Origin: Candidatus Levyibacteriota bacterium
GTDB lineage: Bacteria; Patescibacteriota; Microgenomatia; Levybacterales; UBA12049
Direction of reading: 5' to 3'
Assembly (NCBI GenBank): GCA_016199085.1
Contig: JACQHJ010000001.1
Span: forward strand, 3,334-67,333
Length of the DNA: 64,000 bases
Shown here in pieces: positions 11,203 through 19,785 of the stretch. A program made the position numbers and the translations under genes. Numbering within the stretch: the stretch's first letter is position 1; the number at the start of each line of letters is the position of its first letter. The notes beneath the pieces are model-generated. The model had not been told where the DNA came from. It ran no database searches and saw only the letters and a list, made by a program, of their open reading frames with translations.

Positions 11203-11964
11203 TTATTTACAATAATCGCTTGTTTTACCACTCTCATAATCCGAGGAAGGAAGTGACAAAACTTTCGCTTTGTCCTCGGAGGATATCCAGTCAAACCAAC
11301 AAACTGCATAACTCTCAATCTCATAAGTGTGTTTGGCAGCCCAAGCAGAATCTTTTGAAGACTCATTCTTTTGTCTGTAATCATAGGCTCCCCAGTCTAC
11401 AAAAGTATTAATCCCTTTCAAAGCGCTTGGCCCTCCTTTTGTCAAGCCCACCGCGGTTGCAATTACTTCCCCTTGCTTTACTTTCATAGGAGGGTAGACT
11501 TCTGTTGTTCTGGAATCCAGTCCTTTGGGCATTGGGAACTTTTCCGCAATAGCCTGGAATTTTGGCGTAAGCGTAAGCAAATGACCAAAGCGATACCTAA
11601 TTCCACAGGGATGAGCAAAGTCAAAAGTGTACTGAATTTCACCATTCACCGGATACCGGGCTCCGGCAATTACCTCGGCATCGTAAGGAGCAATAACCTT
11701 AATCTCGTCAGGACGGGAATTGTCAAATCTGAAGCCTCCGTGCGGTTTATAGTCTCCGCCTCTATACTGACCAGGGTAAAGAATTGATGTTGCCTTACTT
11801 ATATCTATTGGCATCTGAAAAACAAAGGGCTTAGGGCAGGATTCATATGACTTTGTAAATCGCTTGATTTCCCGCATTGGTAGGATCTTTTCCGGATCGC
11901 GGATCAACGCAGAAATCAGAAAGATTACAAATCCTGCCAGAACAACGAGTAATATTTTCTTCAT
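11203..11964 (-). CDS. exported hypothetical protein, possibly M23-like fold
   Basis: N-terminal anchor; PHGGFRFD, VIAPYDAEV, RFGHL and VKQGEVI loosely resemble M23 motifs. Confidence 0.55.
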   Translation of the reverse strand: MKKILLVVLAGFVIFLISALIRDPEKILPMREIKRFTKSYESCPKPFVFQMPIDISKATSILYPGQYRGGDYKPHGGFRFDNSRPDEIKVIAPYDAEVIAGARYPVNGEIQYTFDFAHPCGIRYRFGHLLTLTPKFQAIAEKFPMPKGLDSRTTEVYPPMKVKQGEVIATAVGLTKGGPSALKGINTFVDWGAYDYRQKNESSKDSAWAAKHTYEIESYAVCWFDWISSEDKAKVLSLPSSDYESGKTSDYCK

Positions 11965-12021
11965 TACTTAAAATGTATCATATTTTTACTTCTGTTATAA
12001 TATCGCTACTCTTTATTGAGC

Positions 12022-12399
12022 ATGAAATCTAAATCACTTGGCGAACTTGAAAAACAGGTAATGGATATCGTTTGGGAGACTAAAAGTTGTTCAGCGCGTG
12101 ACGTTCTTGGTAAACTGAATCTCAAGAAGAAGTTAGCTTACACTACTATTGCAACAATTCTCCAAAGATTACATAACAAGGGGTTTGTTAAAAGAATAGA
12201 AGATAAAAGAGGATATCTTTATTCGCCAAAGCTAACAAGGAAATTCTACACTAAGAGCATTGCTCAGTCATTCTTAAGAAAATTTATTGATTCATTCGGT
12301 GACAGCGCAATTGCCTCATTTGCCCAAAGCGTTGATAAACTTCCCGAAAAAAAACGTGAATATTTTTTGCAACTACTTAAAACAAATGATAAGAGTTAA
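12022..12399 (+). CDS. BlaI/MecI/CopY family repressor
   Basis: LGELEKQVMDIVW, LAYTTIATILQRL..KG; no C-terminal CopY CxC motifs; ATG at 12022. Confidence 0.93.
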   Translation: MKSKSLGELEKQVMDIVWETKSCSARDVLGKLNLKKKLAYTTIATILQRLHNKGFVKRIEDKRGYLYSPKLTRKFYTKSIAQSFLRKFIDSFGDSAIASFAQSVDKLPEKKREYFLQLLKTNDKS

Positions 12400-13390
12400 T
12401 AAAAACCTTGTTTTCTTTTCCGGATTGTTCCTTTTCGCAGGAACAATTTTATTCTTGGGCACTGAAAAATTCCTTCCCTTATTCACCCACGCCACATATT
12501 ATTGTCAATCATTTATTAATACCCATATGACCCCTATTCCGCATCTTTTAAGCACTACTCCGGTTGCGGTTTTAGTTATAATAGCGATAGTTTCATTTAC
12601 AAAATTACTTATTTTATTATTTAAAGCTTGGTTCATTAGACGTTCATTAGGAGGAGAAATAATAGCTGAAAGAAGAGTAGATGAACTTATAAGAAATCTT
12701 GGGTTGGAAAAACAAACAAGCATTGTTAAATCAAACAGGAAATTTGCTTTTTGCTTAGGTTTCCGCCGTCCCAAGATCTATTTATCAACTGGGCTAATTT
12801 CGAAACTATCTTTAAAGGAAATAGAAGCAGTTCTTAGGCATGAACAGTATCACTTAGAAAATCTTGATACATTGACTCAGATGATCGCTTCCACAGCTTA
12901 TTCTCTTTTTCCAATCTTTCCATTAGTGGGTGATCTTATTAAGAAATACAGAATAGAACGGGAAATACAAGCTGATAAATTTGCTGTTTCTAAAATAGGC
13001 AATACTTATCCTTTGGTTTCGGCTTTGAGAAAATTTCTTGCGTTTACAACAGTTGAAAATTTAGCTCTTGCTGCAATTGCCGATCAAGATACTCTTGAGC
13101 CAAGAATCTACTCACTTATTAATAAATCATACAATCGTAGGCAATTTCGATTAAAACACCTTTTGCTTACCATCTTTTCATCGCTTGTGATTGGAGCTAT
13201 CTTTATAACCCCAATTTATGCAAAAGAAATACACAGCGATAATCAGGATGTCGTAATGTTATGTGGTGATGGTGGAAAATGTGCCAATTCATGCACAACA
13301 AGTTTGCAAAATCTAAATAAATCAAAAAGACCCATTAATCAAATGTTTGGTGGAAAAAATGCTTCAAATCCATACAGCCTGGCACACTAA
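12386..13390 (+). CDS. M56/M48 (BlaR1-like) membrane metallopeptidase with a short Cys-containing tail
   Basis: AFCLGFRRPKIYLSTGL, HEQYH (HExxH), REIQAD; the ATG at 12386 overlaps the blaI end. Confidence 0.9.
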   Translation: MIRVNKNLVFFSGLFLFAGTILFLGTEKFLPLFTHATYYCQSFINTHMTPIPHLLSTTPVAVLVIIAIVSFTKLLILLFKAWFIRRSLGGEIIAERRVDELIRNLGLEKQTSIVKSNRKFAFCLGFRRPKIYLSTGLISKLSLKEIEAVLRHEQYHLENLDTLTQMIASTAYSLFPIFPLVGDLIKKYRIEREIQADKFAVSKIGNTYPLVSALRKFLAFTTVENLALAAIADQDTLEPRIYSLINKSYNRRQFRLKHLLLTIFSSLVIGAIFITPIYAKEIHSDNQDVVMLCGDGGKCANSCTTSLQNLNKSKRPINQMFGGKNASNPYSLAH

Positions 13391-13408
13391 TACTTCGAAG
13401 ATCTCAAC

Positions 13409-13446
13409 TTGACAGAATTAGTAGTATTTTACTACACTATGTAGTA
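13409..13446 (+). promoter_or_regulatory. sigma70 promoter with BlaI-type operator TACTAC-N5-GTAGTA
   Basis: TTGACA 13409-13414, TACACT 13433-13438; perfect inverted repeat at 13430-13446 covers the -10 and the first base of the dsbA ATG. Confidence 0.8.
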
Positions 13447-14246
13447 TGTCTGTAAAAAAAGAAAAAGGCTCAATAACGAAAGTTAACATGACTGCTAGAT
13501 CAACAATTATTGCTTTGTTTTCCAAGATTACTGTTCCCCAGGCGCTAGTTTTACTTTTAATCATAGCTTCTTTTTTAATTGGAGTTTTATATACAAAAAT
13601 TCAATATCTTGAAAAAAACAGTGCCTTAGAAGCATTGCCTTCCGATCAAGCAGCCGGTGGCCAACAACAGCCTGCGCCGCAAATAAAAGTAAATATAAAA
13701 GATGTTGATATTAAAAATGAACCATATATAGGTGACCAAAACGCTTCGGTTGTCATGGCTTATTGGCTTGATTTTCAATGTCCGTTTTGCCAAAGATTTG
13801 AGACAGAGACCATGCCTTCCTTGGTTGAAAAATATGTAAATACGGGAAAACTTAAAATAGTTTTTAAAGATTTCCAATTCTTAGGTGAGGATTCGACAAC
13901 AGCAGGCCTTGCAGCAAACGCAGTTTGGGAACTAGCCCCTCAAAGCTATTCAACATGGCACAAAGCAATGTATGAAAAACAAGATGGTGAAAACGGAGGA
14001 TGGGGTAAAAAAGAAGACATAATTATTTTGACTAGAACTATATCAGGGATAAATGCTGATCAAGTATCAGCGCTTATGGATCAGAAAAGAGAAGCTTATC
14101 AGAATGAATTGGATGGAGATAATCAGGAAGGAACTAAGTTTGGGATATCAGGTACTCCGGGTTTTGTAATAGGAGAGCAATCTATAATTGGGGCACAACC
14201 CCTTTCAACTTTTACTCAAATAATTGATGCTCTTTTGGAAAAGTAA
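13446..14246 (+). CDS. membrane-anchored DsbA/BdbD-family thiol-disulfide oxidoreductase
   Basis: DFQCPFC, GISGTPGF (cis-Pro), IGAQP. Confidence 0.92.
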   Translation: MSVKKEKGSITKVNMTARSTIIALFSKITVPQALVLLLIIASFLIGVLYTKIQYLEKNSALEALPSDQAAGGQQQPAPQIKVNIKDVDIKNEPYIGDQNASVVMAYWLDFQCPFCQRFETETMPSLVEKYVNTGKLKIVFKDFQFLGEDSTTAGLAANAVWELAPQSYSTWHKAMYEKQDGENGGWGKKEDIIILTRTISGINADQVSALMDQKREAYQNELDGDNQEGTKFGISGTPGFVIGEQSIIGAQPLSTFTQIIDALLEK

Positions 14247-14258
14247 TAGGTTTTTTCA

Positions 14259-15404
14259 ATGATGCAATCTTTTTTATTCTCACTTACTCAGGTTTTCTCA
14301 AAGCCATCTTACATAGTTTTGTCAATTTTAGCTTTTGTTATTGCAATAACTCTTGCCATATGGCTTCCAAATATTAATTTTCTAGCTCATACTGCAACTT
14401 CGGATGTATATTCTTTTTCTCAAAAAGTTGGAATTATCGGCAGCGTTTTTGGTTCTATTCAAACGAATTTTACGCCTCTTTCCCAAACTATAACGTTTTT
14501 GGTTGCATTTCTTTTTGCAATAAACTTTAGTTTTTTTATTTATTTCTTTCTTCGCGCGGCAAGACTAAGCAAAGAAGCAGGAATTGGTACGTCTGGATTT
14601 CTCTTAGGGTTAATTGGAGTGGGTTGTGCTTCCTGCGGATCTGTTATTCTTTCTTCATTTTTAGGAATAGGCATAACTGCCGGTTTTATCGGCGTTTTGC
14701 CTTTGAAAGGAGCGGAGTTTGGATTACTTAGCATTCTTCTTTTAAGTATTTCTATTTACTTTCTTTCTAAAAAAATTAAAGACCCAATTGTGTGCAAAAC
14801 GAAACCTGCTACTTTTAAGTTTTTATTCAAAAATGTTCCTGCATGGGCTAAAGTTGCCATATTTATTTTTTTGGCGTTTGGCACAGGCGTTATATTTACC
14901 CAGAGGTATTTAAATGGAGAAGATATTATCAGACAAGCTCTTGCCGCAAAATTTGAAATGTTAAGCCAGAACGGTAACTCATCGTGTTTGGGAGATTTTA
15001 AAGATTCAATATCCACGATGCCTGATGATGCCCGCCTTCAGGGGTCATGTTGTTCTCCAATGAACATGCATAGATATAGCGAACAGATTGGAGGACTGAA
15101 GAAGTATAAAAATATTAAAGAGATTCCTCCAGACCCTTATGATATCGAGACGGAGCTTGCAAAAAAATTATTATCTCATTACGATGATAAATTAACTCCC
15201 AAGCAACAAAAAGCCTATGACTATGCCATGCAAAATTCAATGGAAAAAGGACCATGTTGTTGTAAATGCTGGAGATGGTACGTCTATGGAGGTTTAGGAA
15301 AGTTCTTGATTCAGAATTATAACTTTACAGGAGAGCAAATTACAGAAGTTTGGAATTTGTCCGACGGGTGCGGAGGTCAAGGAGATCACGTTAATCATAA
15401 ATAA
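14259..15404 (+). CDS. hypothetical: membrane domain with GCASCG fused to an exported Cys-rich domain
   Basis: 4-5 TM helices containing CASC, then SSC, GSCCSP, GPCCCKCWRW, DGCGG. Confidence 0.8.
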   Translation: MMQSFLFSLTQVFSKPSYIVLSILAFVIAITLAIWLPNINFLAHTATSDVYSFSQKVGIIGSVFGSIQTNFTPLSQTITFLVAFLFAINFSFFIYFFLRAARLSKEAGIGTSGFLLGLIGVGCASCGSVILSSFLGIGITAGFIGVLPLKGAEFGLLSILLLSISIYFLSKKIKDPIVCKTKPATFKFLFKNVPAWAKVAIFIFLAFGTGVIFTQRYLNGEDIIRQALAAKFEMLSQNGNSSCLGDFKDSISTMPDDARLQGSCCSPMNMHRYSEQIGGLKKYKNIKEIPPDPYDIETELAKKLLSHYDDKLTPKQQKAYDYAMQNSMEKGPCCCKCWRWYVYGGLGKFLIQNYNFTGEQITEVWNLSDGCGGQGDHVNHK

Positions 15405-15883
15405 TGACAACTGAAAATAAAGTTATTATTGGCGGAACAGTTATAACAATACTGGCTATTATTGGAATATCTTTCTTGCTGACAAATAACTCATCTAGCA
15501 CTACCTCAATTCCCGATGAGCAAATAGTTGCCAGAAACGGTCTTCACTGGCATCCAAAACTCTCAATTGTAATTAAAGGACAAAAACAAGAATTAACTGA
15601 TGAGATTGGCTTGGGCAGCGTACACCAAAAAATGCATACACATACCCAAGATTATAAAGACGGATTGGTGCACATGGAAATGTCTGGTGTTGTTACCAAG
15701 GATGAAACAAAACTTAAAAATTTTTTCAGAATCTGGGGAAAAGAATTTAGCTCAACAAAAATATTTGATAAAGCAAATGGAAGCGATGGGAAAGTGAAGA
15801 TGATAGTTAATGGAAAAGAAAATACAGAGTTTGAAAACTATGAAATGCGTGATGGCGATAAAATAGAGATTTCGTATGAGTAG
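15404..15883 (+). CDS. exported His-rich hypothetical protein
   Basis: N-terminal TM; LHWHP, VHQKMHTH, GLVHME; overlaps both neighbouring genes. Confidence 0.8.
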   Translation: MTTENKVIIGGTVITILAIIGISFLLTNNSSSTTSIPDEQIVARNGLHWHPKLSIVIKGQKQELTDEIGLGSVHQKMHTHTQDYKDGLVHMEMSGVVTKDETKLKNFFRIWGKEFSSTKIFDKANGSDGKVKMIVNGKENTEFENYEMRDGDKIEISYE

Positions 15884-16076
15884 CAAAACGGTTGCAAAAT
15901 TAACCTGTCCCATATGCCAAAAGTTACAAACCGCAAAAATGCCTATTGATGCTTGTCAATATTTTTATAAATGCCAAAGTTGTGGTAAGATGCTAAAACC
16001 AAAAGAAGGAGACTGTTGTGTCTTCTGTTCATATGCAGATACAAAATGTCCGTCAAAGCAATCCACGTCAGCCTAA
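15876..16076 (+). CDS. GDCCVxC domain small Cys-rich protein
   Basis: LTCPIC, MPIDACQYFYKCQSC, GDCCVFCSY...KCP. Confidence 0.88.
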   Translation: MSSKTVAKLTCPICQKLQTAKMPIDACQYFYKCQSCGKMLKPKEGDCCVFCSYADTKCPSKQSTSA

Positions 16077-16083
16077 ATTCTAT

Positions 16084-17684
16084 ATGAATAAAGAGCTTTT
16101 AAATAAAATTTCCAGTATGCAAAAGGTGCTTATCGCTGTCTTTATTGCCTTTTTGTTTGTTGCCGGAATATATTTATATTTAAACCCACAAGATAAATTG
16201 TCTCAGTCGAAACAAACCGGAGAGTTTTCAAATGCAGTGAATAATTATCCTCTGGCAAAAACACCCGAAGTAGTAGAACTGAAAAATGGCGACAGTTATA
16301 ATCTTGCCGCAAGTATTGTAAAGAAAAATATAAAGGGTCAGGAGATAAAAATGCTTGCCTATAACGGTTCTATTCCGGGTCCGATTATTAAATTGTCTCA
16401 AGGTGCAGAAATTACAGTTAATTTCAAAAATGAGACCGATGTTGACTCAACAATTCATTCACACGGTGTAAGGGTTGATAATAAGTTCGATGGAGTGGCT
16501 GATGTAACCCAGAAAGCAGTGAAACCTGGAGAGAGCTTTAGTTATAAACTGAAATTTCCTGACGCTGGAATCTTTTGGTATCATCCTCACATCCGTGAGG
16601 ACTATGCGCAAGAACTAGGTATGTATGGGAATTATTTGGTTACGCCAACACAGAAGGATTACTGGGCAGAAGTTGACCGAGAAGAAACACTGTTTCTTGA
16701 TGACCTCCTGACAGAAAACGGAAAGATTGCCTTTTTTGATAGAAATATCGTTAACAACACGTTAATGGGGAGATTTGGTAACGTCATGTTAATTAACGCA
16801 GATGATAAATATCGTCTTTCAATTAAGCAAGGAGAAAGAGTCCGTTTTTATTTAACAAATGCTGCCAACACAAGAGTTTTTAATGCTTCAATTCCCAACG
16901 CTCAAATGCGCTTGGTTGGAGGAGATAACGGGAAATATGAACGGGAGGAATGGATCGATTCCGTACTTTTGGGGCCATCCGAGAGAGCAATTGTCGAAGT
17001 TTGGTTTGATAAGGCGGGAAAATATCAAATTATTCATAAAACTCCGGATAAAACATATACTCTGGGAACAATCTCAGTTGCAAAGAGTCCGGTTACCACC
17101 TCTTATCTTCTTACTCCCCGTGTAAACCAGGATTTTATAAATTCTCTTTCTTTCCTGCGCCCGCTTTTCACAAAGCCCGTTGACCAAAAACTCAATATAA
17201 CCGTAGATATGATGGGAATGAACCAGGGCTCAATGATGATGGGAGGAAACCAGTCAATGGGCATGCAGGATGATAATGACGGCGATAAAATTGAATGGGA
17301 AGACAATATGCAGATGATGAACGCTATGTCTACGAATAAAAACATAAAATGGAAATTAGTTGATGATCAAACAAAAAAAAAGAGAACATGGATATTAACT
17401 GGCAATTTAGAAAAGGTGAAAAAGTTAAGATTTCAATTTTTAACAATCCGAAATCCGAGCATCCAATGCAGCACCCAATACATATTCATGGCCAGAGGTT
17501 TTTAATTTTAAGTACGAATGGTGTATCAAACGATAACCTTGTTTGGAAAGATACTGCTCTTGTGCAAAAAGGCGACACCATGGAACTCTTGGTTGATATG
17601 GAAAACCCGGGAGACTGGCTAATACACTGCCATATCCCAGAACACATGGAAGCAGGGATGATGTCGCAGTTTAAAGTAATTTAA
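16084..17684 (+). CDS. multicopper oxidase split by a -1 frameshift at an A9 run (17373-17381)
   Basis: Frame 1 has TIHSHG and FWYHPH plus a Met-rich insert. The -1 frame (17388-17684) has HPIHIHG and HCHIPEHMEAGM. Likely start is the ATG at 16084. Confidence 0.9.
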
Positions 17685-17720
17685 AATTCTTTTCTTTGTA
17701 AATTTATCATATATTACCTC

Positions 17721-17765
17721 TTGACAAGTGTATTTTGGCAATGATATATTCGAAATATCGAATAT
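17721..17765 (+). promoter_or_regulatory. promoter with ArsR-type operator ATATTCGA-N4-TCGAATAT
   Basis: TTGACA 17721-17726, TGnTATATT 17742-17750; perfect inverted repeat at 17746-17765 runs into the arsR ATG. Confidence 0.8.
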
Positions 17766-18252
17766 GTATTCAGAAGTATTTTTCTTTCATGCAAAGCTTT
17801 TGAAAGCCTTGTCCAATCCAAAGCGTCTTGAAATTCTCCAGCTTCTTAGGAATCAGCAGTTAACTGTAAGTGAGATTCAGGAAATGTTGAGTTTGCCCCA
17901 GGGAAATTTAAGCCAGCATCTTCAAGTCCTACGTTTATCCAAAGTAGTTGAGGCGAAACGAGATGGAAAACAAATCCACTATAAGGTCGCTCACAAAAAT
18001 TTCATTAAAGCTAGCGATTTAATGAGAGAAATTCTTATTGAGCAGCACCAAAATGACCCATTAATAAAAGATCTTGGTAGGAAAATGACAGATCTTGTTC
18101 CGCTCTCTTTAGATCCTGTATGCAAAATGAGATTAAGTCCAAAAACAGCATCTTTTATCTCAAAACTAAATGGTGATTCTTACTATTTCTGTGCATCCGG
18201 ATGCTTTGAAACTTTTAATAAAAATCCAAATAAATATATACGCAAAAAATAA
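17764..18252 (+). CDS. ArsR/SmtB repressor fused to a C-terminal YHS domain
   Basis: KALSNPKRLEIL, NLSQHLQVLR, then DPVCKM...YYFCASGC. The ATG at 17764 is preferred over the GTG at 17728, which lies inside the promoter. Confidence 0.9.
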   Translation: MYSEVFFFHAKLLKALSNPKRLEILQLLRNQQLTVSEIQEMLSLPQGNLSQHLQVLRLSKVVEAKRDGKQIHYKVAHKNFIKASDLMREILIEQHQNDPLIKDLGRKMTDLVPLSLDPVCKMRLSPKTASFISKLNGDSYYFCASGCFETFNKNPNKYIRKK

Positions 18253-18255
18253 TTT

Positions 18256-19137
18256 ATGGAACTTTTAGTTAGTGCATCATTTATAGCAGCTTTTGTAGCA
18301 GGAATTGCAGCCTTGTTTGCCCCGTGCTGCGTAACAATACTTCTTCCCACATATCTTGCTTCTATTTTTAAGGATAGAACAACTGTTTTTCTAATGACAT
18401 TTATTTATTTTTTAGGTCTTTTGACAGTATTTATGCCGATTGGTTTAGGCGCAGTAGCCTTAACCCAAGTTTTTAGTGCTTATCACAACATTATTTTTTC
18501 CCTAGGTGCTATATTTTTGATATTTTTGGGTGTATTTTTACTTTTGGGCAGACAATTTTCTCTTCCGTTTAATGTACACCCCGAACTTAAAAAAGCAAGT
18601 GCTGGATCAGTATTTACTCTTGGAATATTTTCAGGTATTGCTACAACGTGCTGTGCGCCTGTACTAGCTGGGGTATTAACTCTTGCAGCACTGCCCGGAT
18701 CATTTCTGTTAGGAGGAGCATATACTCTTGCCTATGTTTTGGGAATGGTAGTTCCTCTTTTTATTATTGCCACAGTTTTAGACAGAGCAAAATTTACAAA
18801 GAAATTTTTTGCTTTCAGAAAAACCGTAGATTATTCCCTTTTTGGAAATAAAATCAGATTAACCCTTTCCAATCTCTTCTCAGGAGCGATGTTTTTGGTT
18901 CTTGGCATTATCGTTTTAAATCTTGCCAGAACAAACAATCTTACAGCGCATGCGTCTTATCAAGTAAGCATAAATATTTATCTGACAAGATTAACACAAT
19001 TTATCAGTCAGTATACAAAAATTATTCCTGAAGTGGCGTGGGCTTTTGTCTTCGTTTGCATTTTTCTTTTAATTGCCTTTCTTGCAGTTAAACAGCTTAG
19101 AGATGCAAAAAATATTAATAAAGAATCGAAATTATGA
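18256..19137 (+). CDS. CcdA/DsbD-beta family transmembrane thiol reductant carrier
   Basis: AFVAGIAALFAPCCV.ILLP.Y and TTCCAPVL; multiple TM helices. Confidence 0.85.
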   Translation: MELLVSASFIAAFVAGIAALFAPCCVTILLPTYLASIFKDRTTVFLMTFIYFLGLLTVFMPIGLGAVALTQVFSAYHNIIFSLGAIFLIFLGVFLLLGRQFSLPFNVHPELKKASAGSVFTLGIFSGIATTCCAPVLAGVLTLAALPGSFLLGGAYTLAYVLGMVVPLFIIATVLDRAKFTKKFFAFRKTVDYSLFGNKIRLTLSNLFSGAMFLVLGIIVLNLARTNNLTAHASYQVSINIYLTRLTQFISQYTKIIPEVAWAFVFVCIFLLIAFLAVKQLRDAKNINKESKL

Positions 19138-19784
19138 AAGAAAATAAGCAAAATTTAATACTAATTGCGCTGATTGTAGGATTTATTATCCTTTTAATAG
19201 TTGTAGTTGTTGCGCTTGCCGATGATTCAAGTAAAACACCCCAAAATATAGAAGTTTCTAATCAGGATGATATGTCAGGTCATCACGAGTCAGCAGCGCC
19301 TGATGAAAATGCATTTAACTCGCTTCTTGGTAAAGTTGCTCCTAATTTTAATCTTAAAAGCTATGATGATAAGGAAATTGAACTTGAAAAACTTCGTGGG
19401 AAAAAAGTAGTAATCTTCTTTACTGAAGGGCTAATGTGTTATCCCGCTTGCTGGAATCAAATGGCGGCATTTGGTCAGGATAGCGCATTTAATAACAAAG
19501 ATGTGGTAACTTTAAATATTGCCGTTGATAATAAAAATGAATGGAAAGATGCTGTTGAGAAAATGCCTGAACTAGCCAAGACTACAGTGCTGTTTGACAA
19601 TAACAGAAGCGTTTCTAATGAGTATGGAGTACTTACCCTTGCCTCTTCAATGCATAAAGGGCAGTATCCGGGACACACATATTTAATTCTTGACAGAAAA
19701 GGCATTGTCAAGTTTATTTATGACGACCCGCAAATGGGTGTCAGAAATGATGAATTGAAAAAGGAACTTGAGAAAATAGAATAA
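19134..19784 (+). CDS. membrane-anchored redoxin (AhpC/TSA/SCO-like thioredoxin fold) with CxxxC
   Basis: APNFNL, LRGKKVVIFF, MCYPAC, HTYLILDRKGIV; MSGHH segment in the linker. Confidence 0.8.
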   Translation: MKENKQNLILIALIVGFIILLIVVVVALADDSSKTPQNIEVSNQDDMSGHHESAAPDENAFNSLLGKVAPNFNLKSYDDKEIELEKLRGKKVVIFFTEGLMCYPACWNQMAAFGQDSAFNNKDVVTLNIAVDNKNEWKDAVEKMPELAKTTVLFDNNRSVSNEYGVLTLASSMHKGQYPGHTYLILDRKGIVKFIYDDPQMGVRNDELKKELEKIE

Positions 19785-19785
19785 A

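Noticed and set aside
15876-16076. Possible selenoprotein (the GDCCVxC family has Sec members)
   Set aside because: All motif positions are TGT/TGC; no in-frame TGA
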